Assembly: GCA_051362555.1 (NCBI GenBank)
Contig: CM120642.1
Location: 33,852,001-33,916,000 of the forward strand
DNA: 64,000 nt
Reading direction: 5' to 3'
From: Lingula anatina
Taxonomy: Eukaryota; Animalia; Brachiopoda
Position 1 is the stretch's first letter; each line of letters opens with the position of its first letter. Below are positions 15,501 through 27,300 of the stretch, one piece after another. A program made the position numbers and the translations under genes. The notes below the pieces were generated by a model that worked only from the letters and a program-made list of their open reading frames with translations, had not been told where the DNA came from and did not search any database.

Positions 15501-18198
15501 TTTTATATCAATTTGAAGTCCTCCATGTTAACCTTGCCTTATGTTTCTTTCCAGTGTCCATGTTCCAGAAGATGGCACCAAGGGTGATGTCATCCTCACC
15601 CTGAAAGCACAGGATAAAGATGACTCCGAAGCCAACCAGAAGATCGTCTACGCTATCATCAGAGGCAACCTGAATAATTCCTTTGAAATCGACAGCTCTA
15701 CAGGGGAGATTTTTCTGACTGGTTCCTTGGATCGTGAAAGCACTGCTTACTATACTCTGGTTGTATCAGCCACAGACAAAGGGACGCCACCAAGGAGTAC
15801 AAACACAACTGTCAATATCATTGTTGATGATATCAATGACTGGCCACCTACATTTACCCAGAATCCTTACATTGCTACGGTGATGGAGAACTTTACGTCA
15901 GGCGAACCATTCCTTCAGGTTGTTGCTACTGATAAAGACATTGGCAGCAACCAGGAGGTGGAATACAGCATCACCTCTGGCAACGATAATGGCCTGTTCA
16001 CCATTAACTCAACATTTGGAACCATCGCTATTGCTCCAACTAAATCACTGGATTACGACACAAATAAGGAGCACAAATTGATTGTCAAAGCTCAAGACTC
16101 GGGTCAGAACAGGTTGTCGTCAATTGTGACTGTCATTGTGAATGTCACAGATGTCAATGACAATAAGCCATCTTTCCCTGTCATGATGTATATTGAGAAA
16201 GTACGAGAGAACGAGCCTGCAGGAACCAGCGTCTTCACAGCTCATGCCAATGATAAAGATGCTGGAGTGTACGGCCAATTAAAGTATGGGATCATCGAGG
16301 ACGAAGGTCTTTTCAGTATTGATGCAAACACAGGAGAGGTCACAACTGTGGCCATTTTTGACTACGAATCCATGAACAGTTATCGATTCAAAATTACCGC
16401 CGCTGACTTGGGTGGAACTCCAGTTTCCATCCCTGTTTTGGTGAACATTGAAAGTGTGGATGAATTTGAGCCCGTGTTTACATCCAGTAAGTTTACCTTT
16501 GATGTCCCGGGTAATGCTGAGGTAGGGTACGTCATAGGACAGGTCAGTGCTACGGACCGCGACAGTGGCCCCGACGGCCGCATTCTGTACCAGTTTCAGG
16601 AGCCGCAGGACTATTTCAGTATTGATTCCAAGTCTGGTAACATCACAGTCAAGAAACTTTTCTCGGAGACAACCAAACGTAAAAAACGTTTTGTGCCCCG
16701 CTACTCGCTGAATGCTCACAACCGCAACCGTCGTGATGTCCAGAGTGGCGTGCAGGCCTTGGTGATCATGGCAGACAGCGGGAAGGAAGGCTCCCAGAAG
16801 GCGTACGTGACCGCAGAGGTGCAGATTGACTACTCTTGTGCTGGGTGTAACGTTGGGGCGGCAACAGCAGGGTTTGTGCTGACTGGCGCACCACTGGTGT
16901 TGGTGATCGTGTTCTCCATACTGGTGATCATCCTGGTTATTGTCATCTCCATTGTGTGTAAATGGGGGCGGGAACGGAAGAGGAAGCCAGCCAACAACTA
17001 TCAGCAGGCAGTGGGGGACAACTTTGACCATGTGGACATGGCACTGCCCCCTGCTGGCATTGAAGCACCACCAAGATATAACGAAATACACAGCTATGAT
17101 GGTCGCCATAATATCACCACTTCAGACATATCTGATCAATCCCATAGTTCCAGTGGGCGTGGGTCTGCGGATGACGGGGACGAGGATGATGAGGAAATTA
17201 GCCGTATTAATCAGGCACCGTCAACTCAGCTTCATCACCGCTCTGGGATGCCAGATTCAGGAATTCAGCAAGATGATGACAACATATCAGAACACAGTGT
17301 TCATAATCATCAGGAATACTTGGCACGGCTGGGTATCGATAGCTCCAAAATCAAATTTGACTCAAAACCTACGTCATCTGTGGAAAGTATGCATCAGTTT
17401 TCAGAGGAAGGTGGAGGAGAGGGCGATGGCTTGGACATTGGCCTCATTGTCAATGCCAAGTTAGACGAGGTTGAAGCAGACGAAGAGTTTGCCATCATGG
17501 ATGGTACCAGGGAGTTTGGTTTCACGGAAACCGAGCCCTCGCACGCTGGATCTCTGTCCAGTGTTATAAACAGTGAGGAGGAATTCAGTGGGTCCTATAA
17601 CTGGGACTATTTATTAGACTGGGGGCCGCAATATCACCCACTGGCAGACGTCTTTGCAGAAATTGCACGTCTGAAAGATGAAAGTATTACTCCTAAAAAA
17701 CAGCCAACACAAATAGTGCCACAACGGCCTATGAAAAATAATATGAATCCCCAGCAAGTAAGGACAATACCTCCCCCAATTATTACGAATGCTCCACCGA
17801 TCCCCCGATCTCTCTCCAATCAAGATGGCTTCCAGTCGGATGGAGGCGGGGGAGGAGCTGGAGGCGGGGGACAGGCCGCCATGCCAAAATCACATTACAC
17901 TGCCTCAACAGGTTCATCAGCCATTAACTCTACACGAACCAGTCAGATGACTTTGTCTGCCAGTCTGCCGCGATCTCCCATCAGCCATGATTCTACATTC
18001 ACCTCTCCTGCTTTATCACCCTCCTTCACCCCCACGTTATCCCCCCTCGCCACGCGCAGTCCCTCCATCTCGCCATTAGTGTCCCACGGAGCCAGTCGTA
18101 GTGTGTCTGGTCACAGCACACCACACAGGTCCAGGTCCAAACATTCTCTGAATCACGTTGGTGGTTCCTCTGAGTCGGAACAAGAACTGAGGATATGA
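501..18198 (+). CDS. ds: Dachsous-family giant protocadherin, 3' part (5' exons lie upstream of the window)
   Basis: Frame-compatible GT-AG exons: 501-731, 880-1116, 4795-4970, 5290-5494, 5625-7246, 7482-7755, 8260-8502, 8791-8925, 9321-9530, 10773-11148, 11442-11839, 12365-12571, 12827-13038, 13345-13630, 13833-14023, 14356-14596, 14900-15071, 15555-18198. They encode tandem cadherin repeats (DxNDNxPxF, LDRE, AxDxD) and one TM helix (PLVLVIVFSILVIILVIVISIVC). The tail has Dachsous-type motifs: SSGRGS, GSLSSVINSEEEFSGSYNWDYLLDWGPQYHPLADVFAEIARLKD and C-terminal ELRI. Confidence 0.93.
2830..3344. repeat. Intronic minisatellite, 34-bp unit x 15
   Basis: CTGGTACACAGG(C/T)AGTGAGGGGAGATATCAAATC repeats with exact 34-bp period (2831, 2865 ... 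3341). Confidence 0.97.
15081..15315. repeat. Intronic minisatellite with alternating 43/45-bp units
   Basis: ATGTGTAGAGAAATA(TA)TAGAGAACAATAACTGCA(G/A)ATATGTGAT, about 5.3 copies. Confidence 0.93.
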
Positions 18199-19757
18199 CT
18201 ATTAACAGAAACAGACAGTTGGGGATAGTCATGCCTGTCATTTGTAATGTAATCATGTACATGTGCTGAGCCAGAACTGGGCATTGGAACTAGAATGCTA
18301 TTAGACTAGTAATGTTATGGAAGAAAGCCTGTAGTGGGTTGACATATTCATAGATGGCAGCAGTGTTCAGGCTTTGCCTTGTCCTGTAGGTGTCAGCACT
18401 GATATCATACCAAGCCAACATAATCATGGATTGACTCATTTTTATCTATATCAATTTTATGTTTATTGATGATACTAGCAACTTAGTAATTACTTGAAAA
18501 CTGTTAAGAGAAAATACAGAGAATCCTTTCAGCATTTAACATTTGAGATGAGGATGGGGGTTTTTCACGTGATTAGAATTTTATATTTTGTCCCCATTTT
18601 TAAGGATTGAATAATTATACACATATTTCCCAGTACTTGCAGTCACAACGTTTTATTTGTGAGGACATTTTTGTTTTAATTCTGGTTTTATTTAATGAAA
18701 TCTGGAGGTTTTTAGTGGAATCTCACTATATTTTAATGGGATCAGACAGTGAATATTAACAAGGTTAAAGACTGATTAAGCATCTATAGAATACAGGCAT
18801 AAGTCCACATTTCATAACATCACATTTATGTACAGAATTATTTTATATTTTAAGATGCTTTCCATGTTTGCTGTGCCCAAATTTGCAGATTTCATTTCTT
18901 AAGTCCACCAACATTCCTTAGTTTAGCTTTGTGTGTAGTAACTCCTAAAATAAGGATTGGGGAAGAGGAGCTTGAAGCATGGTGTATATTTGTGCATATT
19001 GAAGTATTTTATTTACTGAAATCCTGTGTTGAATTGTTAACCTCTGAGTGATAACTATACAGGGTATGAGAATGAACAGTCATTTTGTTAACATTTTTAC
19101 ATGTAAAATATTATATATAGATACAAATTATTATATTTCACAAATGAGAATTTCAACCATGTACAGGCTGGCTGTTATTGTTGACTTGTATTTTTGCACT
19201 ACTGATTAAGGCAACCTATATGAAGGGCCAAACTAAGGTGGGCTTGTGTGCCTCTCTTTGTAATATTTTACTTAATCCATCCAATCATCAAGTGCTCATA
19301 TTAAGAGTGTCCCAAAGCACTGTATATGTCCAGCAGTATGTAGGGGTGCCAGTAGCTGGTCCTCTGACTGTGGTACCAGTACATATCTCCCTGCTGTTAC
19401 TTGAGGGGGGTGGGAGGGGGGGGGGGGGGGGTTAAACAACATCAAAACATTATATATCAGATATCAGCTTCTACTATGGTCTAGTCACTGATGGATAATC
19501 ATAGCAAGCAATCCCTGTTGTGCCTTGATGTTGAGATGGTATGAATTAATGAGTCTATATATTTATATATGCACATTCCAAGTATGGCCCTGTCCTGATT
19601 GTTATTTTAATGACACTGTGAAGATATCAAGTGTCCTTGTAATATACGTGTAGATAAAAGAAAAGCAGAATATTTATATGCCTAGTTGAAAGCGAATTGT
19701 AATATACATACATCAGATCATGTAGAACCAAATTCTATTATAGAATGCTGAAATCAC

Positions 19758-19763
19758 AATAAA
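19758..19763 (+). terminator. Probable poly(A) signal of the ds gene (3' UTR about 1.6 kb)
   Basis: AATAAA followed about 20 nt later by a GT/T-rich tract (ATGGTGTTGTTTTTT). Confidence 0.55.
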
Positions 19764-20853
19764 GGTATTTTGTACTGACATATGGTGTTGTTTTTTAAAG
19801 ATTTTTTACCACTTCTCTGGTTGGAAATAACACATTTATATTTCCATTTTTAAATTGAATATTAAAGCATCCACTTTTCCATTTATTTCAATTTCAATGT
19901 TTCCATGCTTTTAAAACAATTTGAACCTCATTGTATAAAATGATTATACAAAATACCAATGCCAAAACTTTCTTCATTCATTTCAAAATAATGTAAAAAC
20001 CTGAAGACTGGTCTCTATTTAACGTTAGGATACTTCCAAACCGGCCCGTTGTAGTAAGGCAGTTGATAATTCCTTGGCTGCAGATACTTAACACCAATTA
20101 GCAGGTCCCTAAGACGAAGCAGCGACGTTACATCCCTTTAAAAGAATTAAAAACGCGCTGAAAGTCTTCTAGAGGAAACACAAAGCCACCGTTGCGTCAG
20201 TTGTGCCGGTTGTGATTGGAACACAATGAAGAATGCTATGATATCAGCGATTAAATTACGACAGAAACCGCGGGGGGCAGTTGACATTGTTGACCCATCA
20301 CAACATTCCTTAAACACTTAAGTTCTTAGCGTTACTGTGTTGATGAAACCAACGTATATATTAAGGGTGCGAAGGTAGGTGTAAAAAACGGGACCCACAG
20401 GTGCTCTATGCTCTAAAACTAAGTCATTATACAGTGATCTCTGTATGGATAAATAATATGGATTAGATAAACACAGGTGGCTGTACATAGTCGTGTTATA
20501 TTTCAAGCAAGGGCACTGGATTAAGGGGGGGAATGTAGTCAATCTAGGGCAGTGGCGGTGAACTAGATAATTAAATGGCTACTGGGGTGGATCAAACAAA
20601 GTTTTCAAATGTATGATTGTAATGAAATATTAAAATTTTCACTGTATGAACAGCTTTTTTTCTGTATCTCTTTCAAGATCGAAGCACCTGTCACCACTGC
20701 ATGGAGAAATTACACGATATATTACCTGAGAGAGAACTTTACAGAGAGACACATTTAATTGTCTCAGTTAAGGGAATCAAATGCCCACAAGAGGGGGAGG
20801 GAGGTAAAGAAGTTAATAATTTGGGATATCAGGTACATTTTCTATATTTTCAG

Positions 20854-22661
20854 ATACAGTGAGTGCAGAACAGACTATGTCAACCGTCAAGACCGCCGAC
20901 TTAACAGAGCTTAAATCATTGGCCGCCCCCCCTCAAGATGTGAAATCTATTTTACATGCTGTAGTTTTATTGCTGGGTTACCCTGAGAAGCTAGCATCAG
21001 TACGTAATGTATTAAATAGTTCAGTTATAAATATTCTATTGGCACACAATTGATTGACACAATGGGTTGGCTAGGATATAAGTTTATAATATTTACTTCT
21101 TATTCAAGAAAGAGCTTATTATTTAGATTACATAATTCTTCATTCATTGTGGTACAGTCCTAATGGGACTTACCTATGCAGTATATATAAGCCACAGTTT
21201 CAATGCTCACAGACAGTTTAATGGTGTGTGTGTTCCTTTGTTGGATTGAAATGAAATATGGAAAAAAAATTAAACATTTGTTATTTTCAACATTTTGCGA
21301 TTGAATATGCTTCCAAGTATGGTAGCTCTATATTTTCATCCATATCACTCCTATCGAACAGTAGTTGTAGACACATACTCTTGGTAAAAACAGTTATGAT
21401 GACAACGAGTTAAAGCTTTTATTAAACATTTCTTTGCCAACTTTCTCCTATATAGGGTATTAGTACATGTATTTATACTTGATCTCTCCAAGCTGATCAC
21501 ATGTTTACTTATTTTCATTCCATCCGCTTTTGAACTCTCTTCCATTTAAATTTTTCTATCAATTATTCAGCATTTCCTCATTAAGCAATCTCTGTAAGTG
21601 CTTGTTAACGTCTTCCAAAACTAAATATTCGAAAATAAATTGTAAGATCATACTTGTAATGTTCACAAATTAAGTTTGCATCTCTTATCCTTATCATGGA
21701 AGCTTACTTATTTGTGATGGAATTAATCAATCAGCTAAAACTTTATGTGACTTTGACATTTTCCACTCATTTTTATTTACTTGTTAATTTGGGATTAATT
21801 GAATTGTAAACAATTTTCTTTACAACATACACCCATTCTTCAAAAAAATTCATCTTGGAATTCTTTAACTTTACTACAACAGTATTTTTTTAGTAATATA
21901 ATGATGGAAGAATCTTTTTATTTGTAGAATTGGAAGTTTGTCAGAAAAGTAATGGTCCACAAAGGTGAACAGGGTATGATGCATGGTATGGAACATTTTG
22001 ACGCCAAAAAGGTCTCCAAAGCATCTGCCATCAGCGCAAGGGCTCTACTTGATTCCTTAAATGTGGAAAGGGTTAAACAAGTTAGCAGAGCTTCTGTTTC
22101 CTTCCTCTTATGGGTAAGAACATTTTTTATTAACACTAAGACCCCATTCCCACAGATTTTAGATCGATCTATCCCTGTGGGGAGTCTCACTAGATTACTG
22201 TCAGCTTAGCCGGCTTAAGCGTCTGCCCCGCCTACTAAAAGCTGTATTAATTAACTACCGTGCGCACTCGGCCGACAGCAATTTAGTGTGAACCCCCAGG
22301 GAGTTAGATCGATCTAAAAGCTCTGGGAATGCGCCCTTAATGTAGGAAGTAGATAGTCAGATTCTAGTAGATATCTTAATCTTGCCTGCACAAGAATCCA
22401 CGGTGCCCTTTGTTAAGATTTTGAATGAAATAATTAACCTACACGTGGATATTATATATTCATTACTCTGAATTAACGCTGTTACATTTCAAATCATCTT
22501 AAGTCCCTGAAAGACACACCCCTTATATTGTGCCATTTGAATATTTATTGAGTTTATTGATACTGGATTCTTCTAATATTCAATTCACCAAATTCATTAT
22601 GGAAATATTCATTTTCTAGGCTAAGAGTCACCTTGAAGAAGTAGAGGCAGCAGTTATATAA
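20854..22661 (+). CDS. Small protein made almost entirely of a dynein heavy-chain microtubule-binding (stalk-head) domain
   Basis: Exons 20854-20999, 21928-22113 and 22620-22661 (TAA) join by phase-0 GT-AG splices. Translation: TVSAEQTMSTVKTADLTELKSLAAPPQDVKSILHAVVLLLGYPEKLAS|NWKFVRKVMVHKGEQGMMHGMEHFDAKKVSKASAISARALLDSLNVERVKQVSRASVSFLLW|AKSHLEEVEAAVI*. This follows the MTBD pattern DxxELKSxxxPPxxV..AVxxLL..W..K..FD..V..SxA..LxW. The start is uncertain: ATG 20877, or ATG 20701 via a 50-nt intron. Confidence 0.75.
22137..22340. mobile_element. MITE, PIF/Harbinger-like, in the last intron of the MTBD gene
   Basis: Imperfect TIRs CATTCCCACAGATTTTAGATCGATCTA / TAGATCGATCTAAAAGCTCTGGGAATG, flanked by TAA/TTAA. 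A related copy lies at about 58341-58600. Confidence 0.7.
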
Positions 22662-22940
22662 CAGGGGTGGATCCAGGATTATTTGAAGGGGGGTGCAGTC
22701 CTTTTTTATTTTGACAAGAAATAATTTAAACAGCAATCAATATGTTCTACAAGAAATATACCTGATAATAACAATAATCTGTCATATATGTATAGCAATA
22801 AGTGCAAAAATAATTCCTGGGACATGCATCAGACAGTAAGATACATTACTGATTATCTCAATATTTTATAGTGCATTCATCAATACATCATGTATTATAT
22901 ATTGTTAGATCATAGCCATTGTACCAAATGTGCTAGTATC

Positions 22941-22984
<44 letters not shown>
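22941..22984. repeat. (AAT)n microsatellite
   Basis: About 14 consecutive AAT. Confidence 0.95.
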
Positions 22985-24389
22985 GGTTAACATGAGAAAT
23001 CTTGATATAACACTTAACAGATTCAATATTAATACAAAAAGTTGTGAAATGAGATTCTGGATGATTGCAATTCCTAATAAATACTTGAATGAAACTGATG
23101 AAATATTTGTGGTAAAAAAGAAAACAAGCAGCCAATAAAATGTGTTCGTATGGATAGCTTTGATGACAGCACCAGCTAGTCATGTGAGATATTCCCGTTT
23201 TTTATTGGGCAAATAAGTAACAAAAGTAGGGTCAGCATTGTGAGTCATTACTTAATGTGTTTAGAGTGAGTTAAGAGACACTTTACTGCCATATTATAAT
23301 GATTAATAGTAGTTTGGTAGTTTCATTTCCTGTCAATTTTCTTGAGGGTTTCCGTCAGATCGTAACTTTGCGTTTTTTACTTTTGCTGCATAATAGGTAC
23401 GTTTTCTTTTATGATATTTAATAAAAAATATTTTCGCAAGGCTTTTTATTCAATGTTTACAAAAATCTTTGAGAAATTTTACCTGAACATGTTAAAAGAA
23501 CAAAGGAAAGGGCTACATAATACTGCCCAGGACGTGTTCGCACGGGGCGTTTCTTATTGATGCAAGGTTGTTTATTGTCATAGACTGGCTGTACAACACA
23601 GAGATAGGTTACTTAAAGAAAAAATGCAAACAAGCTACTAGACATAATGATGATTATGTCGGGTAGTCTATACTGTTTAAAATGATTTTTGTAAAATTTC
23701 CTAAACTTGATAGTAAAATTTCGCTTTCAGATGTGGAAAGTTGCTCATGTGCATTTGGATGCATTGCGGCACTGTTAAATCACACTGACTAGACAAAGAT
23801 GAGACATGTACAGTTAAGTAACAGTCTCCAATTAGGCACGTATCAAGGGAGAAGCTAAGAAACAGATCGCATCGTAAACTTCGACCATTCGTATTGGCCT
23901 TGATATATGAGGACTGGCAGGGGAGGGGGTATAGATTGGTCTCTTAGTAATACCCTCTCCCTCTAGAATTGGATATTCAATGTCTGTTTTAGGCCTTATC
24001 TTTGAAACATACATCGTTATGACAATGTTTTTTATTTATTTTATTATTTTTTTAAAATAATTTCATTACATATTTATTTTTCAAACAAGTCGTTCGCACC
24101 CGATGGCACTCTTGGATCTTGGCAGTTACAGACAATATAGTACCAAATAGTAGCAATTTATTAACCAAACCCCATCTGTAAGAAATAAATACATCAATAT
24201 AAAAAGCTATACCTAGCTGTAGTGTCTGCACAGAATTTTCCTCTGATTTGCCCGAGAAAACAGGTAGAGAACTAGGGTTTTAGGCTTTTATTTAACGGAA
24301 AATTTATATCAGAAAAACGCACATACCCTCTCTGACGTTGATCATCATGTTGATAAATACGTGGATCCAGGACACACTAAGTTGTTATC

Positions 24390-24595
24390 AGTGGCGGATT
24401 TCAAAGGGGGGGGGGGGTCCTGACCCCCCCTCCCCTTCGGTTTCTGAAAAATGTATCACACTAATATTCCCCTCTTGAAATAAGAATTTTGACTAGCTAA
24501 ATCACAGTTCTAAACCTCACCAAAGGACACTGTTTTCTCTCTAAAACACCAAAAATTTTCGAGGCCCTTAAGCAGGCCCCGAACCCCACACCAAG
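24390..24595 (-). mobile_element. Partial MITE of the CAGGGGCGGATCC...AAATCCGCCACTG family
   Basis: Reverse complement of the elements at 49535-49864 and 62123-62428 (shared core CTAGTCAAAATTCT..TTTCAAGAGGGGAATAT..TTTTTCAGAAACCGAA). Confidence 0.75.
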
Positions 24596-24845
24596 GCTTG
24601 GCACTTGAAACGGGTGCAAAGCAAACGTAGTTATAGATGAACGGGTTCAATATCTAACGTGTAATAGCGGTAGTTTAAGAACGTCTGAATACATCAGATG
24701 TCTAAGGGAATAAAGTTATTTTTCTAAGAAACTATTAGATTATGTACATTTGCTCTTTCTCGTGAGAATGGTTTGAGCCACGACCCCTCCCCTATAATGA
24801 ACCCTACCTGTTGATATTTACATAACAATAAGCCACTCATCGCAG

Positions 24846-25975
24846 CATGAGTTATCTTCCAAACTGGTCACTCGACAGTTGGACACCGTAAAGTACAGAC
24901 GCAGGATATGCAAGGTACAGTCTCAAGTTCAAGCTTTTATGAGGCGTAGAAGAAAATATATCTTGCAAGCATCATTATATGTAGGCCCCTACAATTATCT
25001 TTGTAATAAAACACTAGAAGCGCGTAAGTTTAGTCAAATGTTTATAACGTCTTTGATATGTTCTATATCAGAATACATGCAGAAACATTAGTGCACACGA
25101 ATGAACAATGAGCTACATTTAAATTTATTTGAAATCTTTTAGCACCGTAAACTTTCTATCGTTTTGAAAAAAAAAATTTAACCCTAGACAACTGAATGAG
25201 AATCAATGTGGGTGGCATGACCGCAATGAATATGACGAATAAAGATTATAGTGATCTTTAATACTGAGTTTTGATACAAAAATGTGTTCCCCATTTACTT
25301 GTAAAGACGTATGTAGTTTGCAGTTATTTAATACTTTTTAATGGTTCTTTTAGACGAATGGCGTGAAACGTCAGCTGTTTTCTGCTGTAGATGGACAAGC
25401 AGTCGGGATTTTTTCAGGTAAGTACTCATTAAATATTTAACACACTAGCGAGTGCGCCTACATACACGCGCACACACACGGTTTCTCAATGCACTAAGTT
25501 AAATGCTAACTAAAAAGAATATTATTGTACGTGGAGGTTGAACCGTCTGCATGTAAGGTGTCTCATGTTGTCCATAGATTACAACGCTAACAATATCAAG
25601 GCATGTTATATATATACATACCCGGTATTATTAAATTCAATTTTTAGTGCAATAGCTTGACGGCCAACGTAAATTCGACACATGCATTCATTTCATACCA
25701 TTATCTAAGGTGCGCTAACCAAACCTTTTTCTGAAACTCAGAAATGTCAACAAGATGTTAGTTATTTTGATTATAAGAATAAACCTTATATATCTATCAT
25801 ACGCAAGTATCAATACTAAATATTTTTTTCGTATTTCAGATGCACCACATTTTCCGACTTACTCCATAAACGGCACCTGCAAGTAACCCAGTCTTTTGTT
25901 TGGATTCTGGAACACGACGCTTTTATATGCACATTATTATCTTAAAACTGAATAAACGCATTTCTCTGTGGTTGT
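24846..25975 (+). other. Putative small spliced, polyadenylated transcript (micropeptide or lncRNA)
   Basis: Donor at 24914/24915 (AAG|GTACAG). Exon 25354-25417 (ttcttttag|...CAG|gtaagt). Terminal exon from 25840 (tttcag|) with AATAAA at 25951-25956 and a GT-rich downstream tract. Confidence 0.45.
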
Positions 25976-26754
25976 TTATTTTGATATGAAGTATTAAAAT
26001 GGTAATTATAATAAGAGAAATGATTGATCTGCTAGCCATGTAATAACTTGTCGAGCGCTCTCAAAATTTTCTGTAAAGTTTAATTAATATATCAATATTG
26101 CTCTTGCTATTTATGTTGGTATTACCTTATTTGTTCAACTTGAAATAGTTTTTGGATTTTTTTTATTGTGCCCCAAATTTTTTTTGTGGCCAAGTAATTC
26201 CTATTTGGGCAATAATTTTTTTAAACACAGAAACAAATTGTATTCAAAATATTTTAGAAATACCTGCAGCAATAATTTGTACTTACAATCGTACTTTGAT
26301 AAATTTGTTTCAATTTCTACAATAGTTTTATACTATAATGAAATTAAGCACCAAATACAGATAGCTTAAAGATTGCAACTCTCACTGAAATTCGCTAAAT
26401 AGTTTGGGATGGTATTGTATTGATCACAAATGTTAAAATTACTCCTCTCATGAACGTGTTTCGTTTAATAAAAGATTTCATGTAAAGATCATTTTTAATT
26501 TTCCTACTTCCATCACCAGGTCACAAAAATATACTGAATAATCCAAGTTATTTGTTTGATTTCAAATCTTGTCATAGTAGAGCTTCATGTACTTTTCAAT
26601 TATGTTAATAAAATGTTGACAACTCCTGCCTTGCAAACCTTGCTGGCATACTTGTTTATTTTGAAAGAAATTCTTGGAAAATGGAATGAAATCGTATAGT
26701 TTTAACTTCCAACTAATTGTTGCGCAATTCTTTATATTGTTTTAACCCGTAATT

Positions 26755-27300
26755 TTCACCCTCAAAAGAGAATGGGCTCACCCCACCTGCAACCCCTCGG
26801 GTAGAATGTAATTGCCACACCTGCCACCCCTAAACTAAAATAGACTCTTCCCACCTGTCACCCCCCAAGTAAAGTGGGCTCGCCCCACCTGTCACCCCTC
26901 AAATGAAATGGACTCTCCCCACCTGTCACCCCTCAATTGAAATGGACTTTCCCCACCTGTCACCCCTCGAACGAAATGGACTCTCCCCACCTGTCACCCC
27001 TTGAACGAAATGGACTCTCCCAACCCGTCACACCACAAATGAAATGGACTCTCCCCACCTGTCACCCCTCGAACGAAATGGACTCTTCCCACCTGTCACC
27101 CCTTGAACGAAATGGACTCTCCCCACCTGTCACCCTTCGAACGAAATGGACTCTTCCCACCTGCCACCCCTCGAATGAAATGGACTCTTCCCACCTGTCA
27201 CCCCTCAAATGAAATGGACTCTCCCCACCTGTCACCCCTATAGTAAAATGGACCCGCCTCTCTTGTAACCCCTTAAAATAAAACAGACTTGTCCCACCTC
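26755..27300. repeat. Minisatellite, 34-bp unit, about 16 copies with degenerate ends
   Basis: ACCTGTCACCCCTCRAAYGAAATGGACTCTYCCC with 34-bp period (26887, 26921, 26955 ...). Confidence 0.93.

Noticed and set aside
20100-20380. RFX X-box (ciliary gene) motif upstream of the MTBD gene
   Set aside because: Only partial matches were seen; not supportable without a PWM scan
22890-23183. Poly-N and poly-I ORFs (also the IY-repeat ORF at 29429-29800)
   Set aside because: Microsatellite artefacts
26755-27300. Second 34-bp array as a CRISPR, or a repeat-protein ORF (26937-27212)
   Set aside because: No spacers, and the ORFs are by-products of the repeat. The equal period with the 2830 array looks coincidental because the sequences are unrelated.
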